NCBI GenBank assembly: GCA_018969425.1
Contig: JAGWYJ010000014.1
Span: forward strand, 309 to 64,308
Direction: 5' to 3'
Source of the DNA: Alphaproteobacteria bacterium
GTDB taxonomy: Bacteria; Pseudomonadota; Alphaproteobacteria; Caulobacterales; Hyphomonadaceae
DNA length: 64,000 nt
Part shown: positions 55,620 to 64,000 of the stretch, one piece after another
Layout: each line of letters starts with the position of its first letter
Position numbering within the stretch: position 1 is the first letter of the stretch
Position numbers and translations under genes: made by a program
Notes under the pieces: model-generated
What the model was told of the DNA's origin: nothing
Seen by the model: the letters and a program-made list of their open reading frames with translations, nothing else
Database searches by the model: none

Positions 55620-56453
55620 TCAGAGACGCACGAGCGGCTGACCGGCGAGCGCCTGAAGGAACAGGCCGGCCACGACCAGAACGCTGAGCGCCGCTCCGCC
55701 GATCACGATCGCCCGGGCCTGACCCGGCGCGAGGCGATCGGCGATCAGGCCGAGGAGCGGAACCGCCTGCATGGTGTGGGTCGCGAAGAAATGCGGTACG
55801 CGCAGATCCCCGCCGGTCGACGACCACCCGACCAGGGGCAGGCCGTTCGCGTCCGAGCGGATCCCGCCCACCCAGTGTCCCGGCCCGTCAATGGCGCCGG
55901 AGGACATCAGCCCGGCGATCACAAGGGTCATGACCGATCCCAGAGTGAGCCCCAGGCCGACCCCGAGGCGTGTGCCCGGGCCGGTGGTGTCCGACGCGTG
56001 ACGCCAGACCATGACGCCCCAGACGAAGGAGCCGATCACCAGCGAGACCGCGCCGACGCCCATAATGCTGTACATGATCGATTCAACGGGGGTCTCGGTA
56101 TTGAAGTGCGAGGCCCGACCCCGGGCGGACTGGATAATGAGATAGAGAACTTCCGTAAGGGCGAAGAAGGCGGTCGTCAGCGCGATGCCGCGACTGATGC
56201 GACCGTCCCTGCGTTCCGAAGGCAGAGCCCGAAGGACAAGAGCCATGGTGACAAGATGCACGATCAGGGACGCCTCAAACTTCAGCGGCTTATCCCATAC
56301 GCTCGCCTCATTAATGAGCCGCGGGTCGATGGACTGAGCAAGAGCCGACGGGATCATCAGCGCGGCCATCGACGCCGCCGTCATCAGCAGAAGCTCGGCC
56401 GGATCGGCGCGGCCTCGGGCGATCGGGGTTGAGAGAGATGGCGCTGGGGTCAT
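55620..56453 (-). CDS. Hypothetical polytopic membrane protein
   Basis: 277 aa with multiple hydrophobic helices. ATGA overlap with the upstream ABA4-like gene. The listed 398-aa ORF start lies inside that gene. Confidence 0.6.
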   Translation of the reverse strand: MTPAPSLSTPIARGRADPAELLLMTAASMAALMIPSALAQSIDPRLINEASVWDKPLKFEASLIVHLVTMALVLRALPSERRDGRISRGIALTTAFFALTEVLYLIIQSARGRASHFNTETPVESIMYSIMGVGAVSLVIGSFVWGVMVWRHASDTTGPGTRLGVGLGLTLGSVMTLVIAGLMSSGAIDGPGHWVGGIRSDANGLPLVGWSSTGGDLRVPHFFATHTMQAVPLLGLIADRLAPGQARAIVIGGAALSVLVVAGLFLQALAGQPLVRL

Positions 56454-56902
56454 TGGCCGGCCTCCGAGGCTGCAGGCTTGCGCAACCGAGGCACGGCTTC
56501 CATCGAGGCGTAGATGAGATAACCCACCGGTCCGAACATGAAGGTCGCGAGCAGGATCGGGGCCTGTATCACCCTGGACATGCCCCGCGCATCGGCGCGT
56601 TCGGCGATCCAGACGCCGACCAGGAGATCGAAGGCGAGATAGTGGACCCATCCGGCCAGAAGGCCGGGCCGGCTCGACAGCAGGGTGGCGACCTGATCGA
56701 GCGACCCAAATCCTCCGCCCTCGACTGTGAAGAAGGACGTGAACACAAGCGTCGCGTAGAGGGCTGACAGGCCGAAGATCACTCCGAACCGCAGCGCAGC
56801 GATGATCCAGCGCCACCGGGGAAGAGCGATAAGGACGAGCCAGGACGCCGCCGCAGCCGAGCTCGCCAAACTGAAGGTCTGATCAAGATCCATCCCCGAC
56901 AC
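56450..56902 (-). CDS. ABA4-like (DUF4281) membrane protein
   Basis: 'LAGWVHYLAFDLLVGVWIAE' and 'FMFGPVGYLIY' match my recollection of the DUF4281 conserved segments. Confidence 0.6.
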   Translation of the reverse strand: MSGMDLDQTFSLASSAAAASWLVLIALPRWRWIIAALRFGVIFGLSALYATLVFTSFFTVEGGGFGSLDQVATLLSSRPGLLAGWVHYLAFDLLVGVWIAERADARGMSRVIQAPILLATFMFGPVGYLIYASMEAVPRLRKPAASEAGQ

Positions 56903-57068
56903 CCCCTCCCATTCCCGAACCTCTTATCTCACATTGTCCGGATCCTGTCATCGCGCGGCCGGCCCGGCCCCCGTTTCGGGGCGTCTTTAAGGGGGAGGGG
57001 GCTGGACGCACGGCGATGAGAGGGGAACATGTTCCCTGCGATGGCGGAGATGGTTCGGGAGACGCGAC

Positions 57069-59252
57069 GTGACAGCATGGAGCTCTGGACGCTTGAGGCG
57101 GCTCTCTGTTTTAGCCGGAGTTGTCGTCTGGACGGGTCTCGTCTTTTTGGGCCTGTCCCCGCCCGCGATGGCTTCGACGGCTCAGCGCCTCGTGCCGGCC
57201 CCGCGTGAGGCGACGCTGTCAGGTGCGCGGACGGGCGCGCTGAGCCGCATCGTCATTCGCCAGCCGGCCGGTTCAGGGCCGGTCCTCAAGGCCTCGGCAG
57301 CGCGTTTCGAAGCGCGCATGAAGCAGGCCTTCGGCCTCAGCGCCGCCGGACGCGCCTTTCCGGTTCGCATCGAGTGCGCGTGCGCGCCCGGATCCGGTTT
57401 CGCTCTGGGCGGGGATGAAAGCTACGAGCTGATGATCACCCGTTCGCGCGCAAGGATCCGCGCGACGACGGAGGTAGGGGTCATGAGGGCGTTTGCAACC
57501 CTGTTGCAGCTCGCACAGCGGGATGAAAAGGGATTTTCCTGGCCTGTCGGGGACGTCAGGGACGATCCGCGTTTCCCCTGGCGCGGACTGATGATCGATG
57601 TCGCCCGGCACTTTCAGCCGATTGAGGCCCTGCAAAGACAGATCGACGCCATGGAGCTCATGAAGCTCAACGTCCTCCACCTGCATCTCAGCGATTCGGA
57701 GGCTTTTCGGGTCGAGAGCCGGCTTTATCCGCGCCTGCACGAGGTGGGATCTTTCGGACAGTTCTATTCGCAGGCCGAAATCCGCAGCCTTATCGAGTAT
57801 GCGGCAGCGAGGGGCGTGAGGATCGTCCCCGAGTTCGATCTGCCCGGGCACAGCCTCGCGATGATTTACGCCTATCCCATGCTCGCCAGCGCTCCGGTCC
57901 CGGACCCGCCTTGGATCCTGCCTGTGCGCAGAAACGCCGTGATCGACCCGACGCGCGAAGAGGTCTACGCCTTTCTGGATGGTCTGATCGGAGAGATGAC
58001 CGCTCTCTTTCCGGACCCTCACTTCCACACCGGCGCAGATGAGGTGAACGGGATCGAGTGGAGCGCCAGCGCATCGATATCGGCCTTCATGAAGGAGAGA
58101 GGGTTCGCACGCCCTGAAGATCTCCAGGCGTATTTCAGCGGCCGCATTCATGACATGGTCTCGCGACGCGGAAAGACGATGATCGGCTGGGACGAAATCT
58201 TCGCGCCGGACCTTCCGAAGGCTGTCCTCGTTCAGAGCTGGACCAGCTCCAAGATGACGGGTCTTGCAGCGCGCGCGGGCCACAAGGTGATCGTCTCGGC
58301 GGGCTATTATCTTGACTGGCTGACGCCCTCTTCCTTCCTCCATGCTCGCGACCCTCTGGATCTGACGGCGCAGGGCCTCACGCCGGAAGGATTTGATCGG
58401 GTCAGGGGATCGCCCCTTGAACGGCTGATCAGCGAGCGGTTCGTCCTTGACCCGACCCTTCGTCTGACAGCTGAGGAGGAAGCTCGCATCCTTGGAGGCG
58501 AGGCGGCGATGTGGACTGAACTGGTGACGCCTGAGAAGCTCGACGCCACGATTTGGCCTCGCGCCGCCGCTGTCGCTGACCGTCTCTGGTCGCGGCCGGA
58601 GGCGACGGTCGTCCCGCTCGATGAACGGCTGGAGGCTGTCTCTGAACGTCTGGAGAACGCAGGTCTCCGGCATGTCGCCTCGCCGCAGGCGATGCAGGCG
58701 CGGTTGGCGCCGGAGGGCGGGACGGTCGTCGCCACCCTGCTGGAGGCGCTCGAGCCCGTGAAATTCTACGCGCACAATCATGAGTCGCGAAGCGGCGGAC
58801 GCGCGCCCCTGCAGTCCTTTGCGGATCTTGCCGATGCGCTGCCCCCCGAGAGCCTGCCTGCTCGCCGGTTTAATCGCCAGGTTGCAGAGTATCTGGCGGG
58901 CGACCGGAGCCTCGCTGGCGTGCTGACGGACAGACTGACAAGGTGGAGGGACAATGATGCGTCGTTTCAGGCGCTGCTTGCGCGCAACCCCGCCTTGAAG
59001 GATGCGGCGTCCGCATCCTCAGATCTCTCCCGCTTGTCGGACGCGGCGCTGGAAGCCCTGGGACGTCTTCAGGATCGGAGCCTTCGCGCAGGCGGACGTG
59101 ACGCACGGATCGATGAGCTTATGCGCACCCATCTGGCTCACCAGGCGGCGTCCGCCGACGCCCTCGCATCGTTCATTCGACCCCAGCCGCCTGGAGACGT
59201 TCTCCTGGCGCCCTTTGACGGACTGCGGGCGTTGATCGAAGCAGGAGGCTAA
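57069..59252 (+). CDS. Beta-N-acetylhexosaminidase (GH20)
   Basis: 'DDPRFPWRGLMIDVARHF', 'KLNVLHLHLSDSEAFR' and 'HTGADEV'. GTG start with an N-terminal signal-like segment. Confidence 0.9.
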   Translation: MTAWSSGRLRRLSVLAGVVVWTGLVFLGLSPPAMASTAQRLVPAPREATLSGARTGALSRIVIRQPAGSGPVLKASAARFEARMKQAFGLSAAGRAFPVRIECACAPGSGFALGGDESYELMITRSRARIRATTEVGVMRAFATLLQLAQRDEKGFSWPVGDVRDDPRFPWRGLMIDVARHFQPIEALQRQIDAMELMKLNVLHLHLSDSEAFRVESRLYPRLHEVGSFGQFYSQAEIRSLIEYAAARGVRIVPEFDLPGHSLAMIYAYPMLASAPVPDPPWILPVRRNAVIDPTREEVYAFLDGLIGEMTALFPDPHFHTGADEVNGIEWSASASISAFMKERGFARPEDLQAYFSGRIHDMVSRRGKTMIGWDEIFAPDLPKAVLVQSWTSSKMTGLAARAGHKVIVSAGYYLDWLTPSSFLHARDPLDLTAQGLTPEGFDRVRGSPLERLISERFVLDPTLRLTAEEEARILGGEAAMWTELVTPEKLDATIWPRAAAVADRLWSRPEATVVPLDERLEAVSERLENAGLRHVASPQAMQARLAPEGGTVVATLLEALEPVKFYAHNHESRSGGRAPLQSFADLADALPPESLPARRFNRQVAEYLAGDRSLAGVLTDRLTRWRDNDASFQALLARNPALKDAASASSDLSRLSDAALEALGRLQDRSLRAGGRDARIDELMRTHLAHQAASADALASFIRPQPPGDVLLAPFDGLRALIEAGG

Positions 59253-59272
59253 CCCGCAAGACAGGGTTGGGG

Positions 59273-61390
59273 TCAGAAGGTTCGTCTGAGGCTCGCAGAC
59301 AGGCTTGCAAACCCGTCGGCCGCCGATCTCGCCAGATAGAGCGGCGCGCCGGTATTTCGCGGCGCGTCGTAGAACACCGACCAGCTGCGCCGACCCGTGG
59401 CGAGGACGTTGTTGAGGCCTGCGCCGAAGGTCCAGCCTGGCGAGGGTTTCCAGCTCAGATTGCCGCCAATATAGGGCAGGGAGATCTGACGTCCGAAGCT
59501 GCGAGGGGAGAAGACATCGAAATCAGAGTCGTCTCTCACATAGACCGACCAGACAAACCGGCCTGCATCGCGGATCTGCTGCAGGCTGAAGGAGAGCGAA
59601 ACCGGACGGTCGCCCGAGGCGCTGCGCGAAACCTGGGTGACGGGGTCGGTGGTTTCCGAACGTCTGAGGACCGCGCCCAGGCTCAGTATGCCGCCTCCGA
59701 AGCCCAGACTGTCCAGTTCGACGTCTCCTGACAGGTCAAGGGCGCTGCGGGTCTCACGGCCGGCATTACGCGTGATCTCGAGCACCTGGGCGGCTCCGCC
59801 CGAGGAGGACGGAAGGGTGAGCACGCCGCGGCCGAGGGCATTTTCCGTGAGTTCATGGGTGACCTTCGCCACCAGCGTCGTCTGGCCTCCGTACTGTCGC
59901 TCATAGCGGCCTTCCATCCGCCATGACTTTTCCGGCTCGATGCTCTCGTTTCCGACGCCGAACACGCTGTCTTCAAAGGAGACCCGCGACGCGAAACCGT
60001 TGAAGCTGAGCTGATCGACGCGCCGCTCCAGAAGAAAATTGTAGAGCCGCCCGCGTGCCGGTGACCACGAGAGGTTCGCCCTCGGCTTCAGGTAGCTGAA
60101 TGTCTTCTCTGAGGCCGAGGGGCCGACCTCAGCTGTGATGCGCGACCACTCGTACCGGGCGCCGAGCTCGACATTGAGCGTTGGCGTGGGCTTCCAGTTG
60201 AGCGTTCCGAAACCTTCAAGACGTAACTCGTCAGCCTCGAAGGAATCGCCGACAAGGGCGAAGGCTGAGCCGTTAAAGGTGTTGAAGGACTGAGACCGGG
60301 TCCAGTTATAGACCGCCTCGCCCCCCGCCTCGATCTGCGACGTCTCAGCGCCCGGCAGGCGGACAATGCTGCGAGCGATGGTTTCTCCCGATGATCCCTC
60401 GGCGCGGGTGCTGGAGGCGTAGGTTGTCGCTTCATCAAGACCGGAGCCGGTTGAGTCCCTGAGAGACTGAAAGGCGACGAGCTCGAGGTCGTATCCTGAG
60501 ACCGACCCGGTATATCGTCCCCCCAGCTCTGCGTAGAGTGAGCGATTGTCATTCCTGGAGAGCTGGCGGCCTCCGACCGGGATGCTCTGGATCTCGAGAG
60601 CATGCGAACGACCCGAAGCGAGATCAACCTTCGCATTGACCCTGAACCTGCCCCCGAGGGCGGGCGTCTCGACGGATCCCGTCGCCGAGAGGGTCTCGTT
60701 CGAGGTCTCGCCGGTCGACACGGCGTCAAGAAGCCTCTGGCCCGAAGGAGCAGTCCTGTCCCTTTGGCTGCGAATGTCGCTTTGTCCGGCGTCGAGCCTC
60801 AGCCCGGCCTCAAAGCGTCGTCCGTTGGAAGGGGTCTGGAACTGAAGCTGGAGATTTCCGCCGCCCCAGCCGGTCTCGTTGAGGCTCGCTCCTCCTCCCA
60901 CCGCGCCCGTGGCGGGCGCATCGACCTTTCTCACCACGTTGGCGATGATGGGTTTGCCCTGCATGTCGACGCCTTCCGCGCCGCCTCGTATGACCTCGAT
61001 CCGCTCAACGGATGATGAGGCGATCCGCGAGAGGACGGCAGCGAGGGAATCGCTTCGGGACGGCGGGCGCGATCCGTCGATCAGCACGTTCCCTCCGGTC
61101 CCGGAAAACCCGCGTCCCGACGATCCGCCGTCGAAGGCGAAGCCGGGGATCCTGAAGATCATGTCGAGGGCTGTGTCCGGATTGAACCCTGCAAAATAGG
61201 CTGCCGGATAGGAGGCGATGTTGCTCCCGGCCTCTCCTGCGATCTCGCGGGGTTCAAGGAGAATGGCTTCAGACGCGGTCTCCGTCTGCGGAAGCTGCGC
61301 GAGCGCGGGCGCGCAAGCGGCCGCCATCGCCAGAGCGCTCAGTCCGACGCCGCGGACGGTGCGTGTCAGGGCCGGAGGATGGGTCGCCAT
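59273..61390 (-). CDS. TonB-dependent receptor
   Basis: Signal 'GLSALAMAAACAPALAQ', plug 'IEVIRGGAEGVDMQGKPIIANVV' and terminal '...SLRRTF'. Confidence 0.85.
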   Translation of the reverse strand: MATHPPALTRTVRGVGLSALAMAAACAPALAQLPQTETASEAILLEPREIAGEAGSNIASYPAAYFAGFNPDTALDMIFRIPGFAFDGGSSGRGFSGTGGNVLIDGSRPPSRSDSLAAVLSRIASSSVERIEVIRGGAEGVDMQGKPIIANVVRKVDAPATGAVGGGASLNETGWGGGNLQLQFQTPSNGRRFEAGLRLDAGQSDIRSQRDRTAPSGQRLLDAVSTGETSNETLSATGSVETPALGGRFRVNAKVDLASGRSHALEIQSIPVGGRQLSRNDNRSLYAELGGRYTGSVSGYDLELVAFQSLRDSTGSGLDEATTYASSTRAEGSSGETIARSIVRLPGAETSQIEAGGEAVYNWTRSQSFNTFNGSAFALVGDSFEADELRLEGFGTLNWKPTPTLNVELGARYEWSRITAEVGPSASEKTFSYLKPRANLSWSPARGRLYNFLLERRVDQLSFNGFASRVSFEDSVFGVGNESIEPEKSWRMEGRYERQYGGQTTLVAKVTHELTENALGRGVLTLPSSSGGAAQVLEITRNAGRETRSALDLSGDVELDSLGFGGGILSLGAVLRRSETTDPVTQVSRSASGDRPVSLSFSLQQIRDAGRFVWSVYVRDDSDFDVFSPRSFGRQISLPYIGGNLSWKPSPGWTFGAGLNNVLATGRRSWSVFYDAPRNTGAPLYLARSAADGFASLSASLRRTF

Positions 61391-61694
61391 GAAACAGGCC
61401 CGATACGCTTAAAACCAGGATCTCTGACGGGATTTCAACTCTGCGTCGCTGGCCGATGCAAGCAGCTTTTGAGGGGGTGGAGCGTTTGAGCCAGGCGATA
61501 ATCGTGGAGTTGAGGCTTTCTTGGGACATTCGCCGGGTCAATGACGCATTCGTGTGCGCGGCGCGCCGCTCTCGGGAGGTCCGTTCCTGCGGCGCCTGGG
61601 GTCGTGAGATGCATTCCGTTTGTTCCGAGGACGCTTGCGTCGGGGCGTGCAATCACGTCTCCCCCCGGCGGTCGAACCATGACAGGAGTATCTC

Positions 61695-62039
61695 ATGAAC
61701 CGGTTCATCGCCGTATCAACCAACTATGATTCCGAGTACTAGGCCCCGGTTTACGCTCCAGAGCTGGATGTGCGCGCGGTTGTGGCGACGGGAACGCCGT
61801 ACTTCTCGCCGAAGGCCCAGGCGGCCCTCGAGGCGGCCTATCCGCGAGATGCGGTCGACCCGCTCCTCGTCTACAACTCCCTCGCCATGTCTCTTCTTGA
61901 ACAGACCGATAAGGCTTTCCGGGTCGAGGACTATATCTCCGCAGACACTCTGGCGACGGTTCGTTCGATCCGAAACTCCGATTTCCGCGATCTGGCCCAG
62001 CGCGTCAGCGCCAGATCGCCACCCGCAATCAGCGCATGA
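61695..62039 (+). pseudogene. SD-preceded ORF interrupted by an in-frame TAG (possible nonsense-inactivated gene)
   Basis: AGGAG (61684-61688), a 6-nt spacer, then ATG at 61695. It reads 15 codons (MNRFIAVSTNYDSEY), then TAG at 61740. The same frame stays open for 99 more codons, which is the listed 61770..62039 ORF. Confidence 0.3.
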
Positions 62040-62809
62040 ACGAGGGACTTCACGCGCGGCGCCTGATCGGCTCTGAGCAAACCCAGCCTGGGCACCGAAG
62101 TTGCTCCATCTTCGGCGATGTCGCGGTCGATATGAGGCTCCCTGATCCAGTCGGAAGACGTTATTGTAACCCGCGAAACCGCAGAAAAGAACGCCGCATC
62201 CCCAGAGGGAGCAAGGTCGGGCAGCAAATCGTCGAGCCGGTCAAGCAAGGCCGGCAGTTTATCATCCTTCTTGATGGCGCGGAGCTTGCGCTCCAATTCA
62301 CCGCCGTCCCCAAGCGACCAAACAAGTTCTATTTCCGCGCGCGGAACCATCCACGTCGGATTGCCAAGATACAGCAGCCGTACAAGGTTGCGTCGACGGC
62401 ATATCCGCGTTGCTCGGTGGTCCTCCGCTTCACGCTCACTAAAGCGCGGAAACACTGCTTTCAGAATTGGTTCATATCCCTCGGCGGCGTCTTTAAGAAT
62501 GTCGACCGGAGTTGCCGCACTTCGCCTGTCAAGGCTGCTCGCTACCATGTCGATCAATTCCGACTGCGAAGGATCGTCCACGGGCTTGTCCAGATTCGCG
62601 GCGATAGCATCGCGAAGACCGGGCGACTGGGTGAGACTCCAAGAAAAGGCGAGCACATCAAACAGCGATATCTCGCCGCGAACGGCTGCTTCCAGCACGG
62701 CATAAGCGCTGAGCATTCTCTTCACTTCGCGAGGCGACACAAGGCTTGCCTTCAGCGATGCTAAGAGTTGGGTTTCGTGGTCACTCCGGGCGGTGAGCGG
62801 CTCAAGCGA
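61931..62809 (-). pseudogene. 5'-truncated KAP-family P-loop NTPase remnant (C-terminal part only)
   Basis: 'SPREVKRMLSAYAVLE...ISLFDVLAF' resembles the KAP 'NPRxxKRxxN' segment and downstream region. The frame is open only back to a TAG at 62810-62812. No Walker A region lies between it and the RhuM gene. Confidence 0.5.
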
Positions 62810-62879
62810 CTAACTCTTGATCATGCCTTCAAATAGCGCTTACGTTCAAGTTCATGGGGGGACGAACACGTTCATGGGT

Positions 62880-63926
62880 TCAGTTTTTTTGGGGCGGCCT
62901 GCGTGATTTCGCCTTCACTGTATCGGCAATTTTCTTCAACGCCCTTTCCCCGGCGACTTCCGCTTCGAACCGCTTGCGCTCTTTGTACAAGCGGATTTGC
63001 TCGGACGCCTTATCGTCTGCCTGTTTCCGGCTGATCGATCCCGCATGCCCCGCCGCTTTGAGGGGCCGACCGTCGAGTCGGACAAGATCGCGCATTTTCG
63101 CGATGAACTGCGGCAGAGTCGTGGGCCGTCGCTGCTCGGCTTGGCTTTCGAAGAAATCGAGCACAAGGCTGGTGATCAGATTGAGCGCCGTGATTTCGAG
63201 CTCGGCGAGAAAATTCTTTGCCGTCTGCGCTTCCTTCACGGTCGGCATACGGCCCGAAAAGTGCGTGAGGCCGGCATTGTCAGCGCAGGCATCGACACGC
63301 GCATGCACAATTTCCGCCGCTGTATGCTGCGACACGGCCCAGTGCATCGTGTTCTGGATTTCGGCAAAAAACGTCACGTGTTGTTCGGTATCGTCAGCGT
63401 CGTAGTCGCTGCAAAACGCCGCCAGCTCCAAGACCCGCATCCACATGCGCGCTTCCGAACTGCGTATGTCGCGGATGCGCGCCAGCAATTCGTCAAAAAA
63501 GTCGGGGCGGCCCTCGGGGTGCTTGAGGCGCTCGTCATCAATCACGAAGCCCTTGGTCAAAAGCTGCACAAGTCTATCCGTCGCCCAGATGCGGAACATT
63601 GTGCCAAGCTTGCCGCCGACACGGTATCCCACTGAAATCATGGCATTCAGGTTGTAGAACTCGATTTCGCGGGCGACACTGCGTCCGCCTTCATCCCGAA
63701 CTCTTACGTTTTTTGTAAGAGTTTCCTCAGGAACGAGTTCGCCTTCCTCGAAGATGTTCTTCAGATGGCGGGAAATCGTGGCGACGGAAACGCCGAACAT
63801 CTCGGCCATCTGGTTCTGGGTGGCCCAGAACGTCTCGCCATCCACGCGCAGATCGACGGTGATGCCTTCCCTCCCGCTATAAATCAGGAGGCGGTCGCCC
63901 GTGTCGTCATCGGCGACTAGACGCAA
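62880..63926 (-). CDS. RhuM-family protein
   Basis: 'TFWATQNQMAEMFGVSVATISRHLKNIFEEGEL...EFYNLNAMISVGYRVGGKLGTMFRIWATDRL' closely parallels RhuM-family N-termini. TTG start. Visibly lower GC than the core genes. Confidence 0.85.
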   Translation of the reverse strand: MRLVADDDTGDRLLIYSGREGITVDLRVDGETFWATQNQMAEMFGVSVATISRHLKNIFEEGELVPEETLTKNVRVRDEGGRSVAREIEFYNLNAMISVGYRVGGKLGTMFRIWATDRLVQLLTKGFVIDDERLKHPEGRPDFFDELLARIRDIRSSEARMWMRVLELAAFCSDYDADDTEQHVTFFAEIQNTMHWAVSQHTAAEIVHARVDACADNAGLTHFSGRMPTVKEAQTAKNFLAELEITALNLITSLVLDFFESQAEQRRPTTLPQFIAKMRDLVRLDGRPLKAAGHAGSISRKQADDKASEQIRLYKERKRFEAEVAGERALKKIADTVKAKSRRPPQKN

Positions 63927-64000
63927 CCGCTCCCCGCCCTCTGTCGGTCTGGCTGGCGGTGGGGGCGGTGTGCTCCCTGACTTGGAGCGCCCGCGAGATT

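Noticed and set aside
62036-62764. 242-aa plus-strand ORF
   Set aside because: It is antisense to the KAP-like remnant, and its translation is Arg/Pro/Cys-rich with no motifs. The minus-strand frame carries the KAP-like 'SPREVKRML' segment.
1-64000. Search for CRISPR arrays, tRNA/rRNA genes, IS elements, integrases, prophage genes and large tandem repeats
   Set aside because: I saw no regularly spaced direct repeats, no tRNA-like cloverleaf candidates, and no transposase, integrase or phage structural motifs in any listed ORF. The only large repeat is the paralogous TonB-receptor pair. A by-eye scan can miss short or degenerate elements.

Overview
This is a gene-dense, high-GC chromosomal segment of alphaproteobacterial character. 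Supporting signs are an Irr regulator with an ICE-type box, a ModE-type Mo-box, Tat signal peptides and three TonB-dependent receptors. I support about 57 protein-coding genes or gene remnants. I recognised no rRNA, tRNA, CRISPR array, IS element, transposase or integrase.

Most of the window is ordinary metabolism:
- Sulfate activation: cysD-cysNC.
- End of tyrosine catabolism plus acetoacetate activation: maiA-fah-scoAB.
- An Irr-linked erythrin / HdrD-like / DUF3501 operon.
- hrpB, a molybdate ABC transporter (modBCA), phospholipase C, folPBK and a GH20 hexosaminidase.

Accessory or unusual patches:
1. Left edge: a membrane-anchored orphan, a stand-alone ORC/Cdc6-like AAA+ ATPase and hipBA, each behind visibly AT-rich promoters.
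2. nt 29.6-32.8 kb: a catalytically degenerate resolvase-like HTH protein lies divergent from a fused IMPase-family phosphatase/ADP-ribosylglycohydrolase, which is tightly coupled to a NUDIX hydrolase. This is my top candidate for an undescribed ADP-ribose-directed module.
3. nt 37.4-39.5 kb: a secreted four-module protein combining a Cys-less thioredoxin fold, a c-type haem domain, a PHM/DBH-like copper monooxygenase and two EF-hands.
4. nt 42.9-48.4 kb: an AtuA-like / Coq4-like / GPH-transporter operon.
5. Right edge, from about 61.4 kb: an eroded island with a nonsense-interrupted ORF, a 5'-truncated KAP NTPase remnant and a RhuM-family gene.

All calls come from reading the translations and the DNA by eye. 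No searches or statistics were run, and composition statements are visual impressions.
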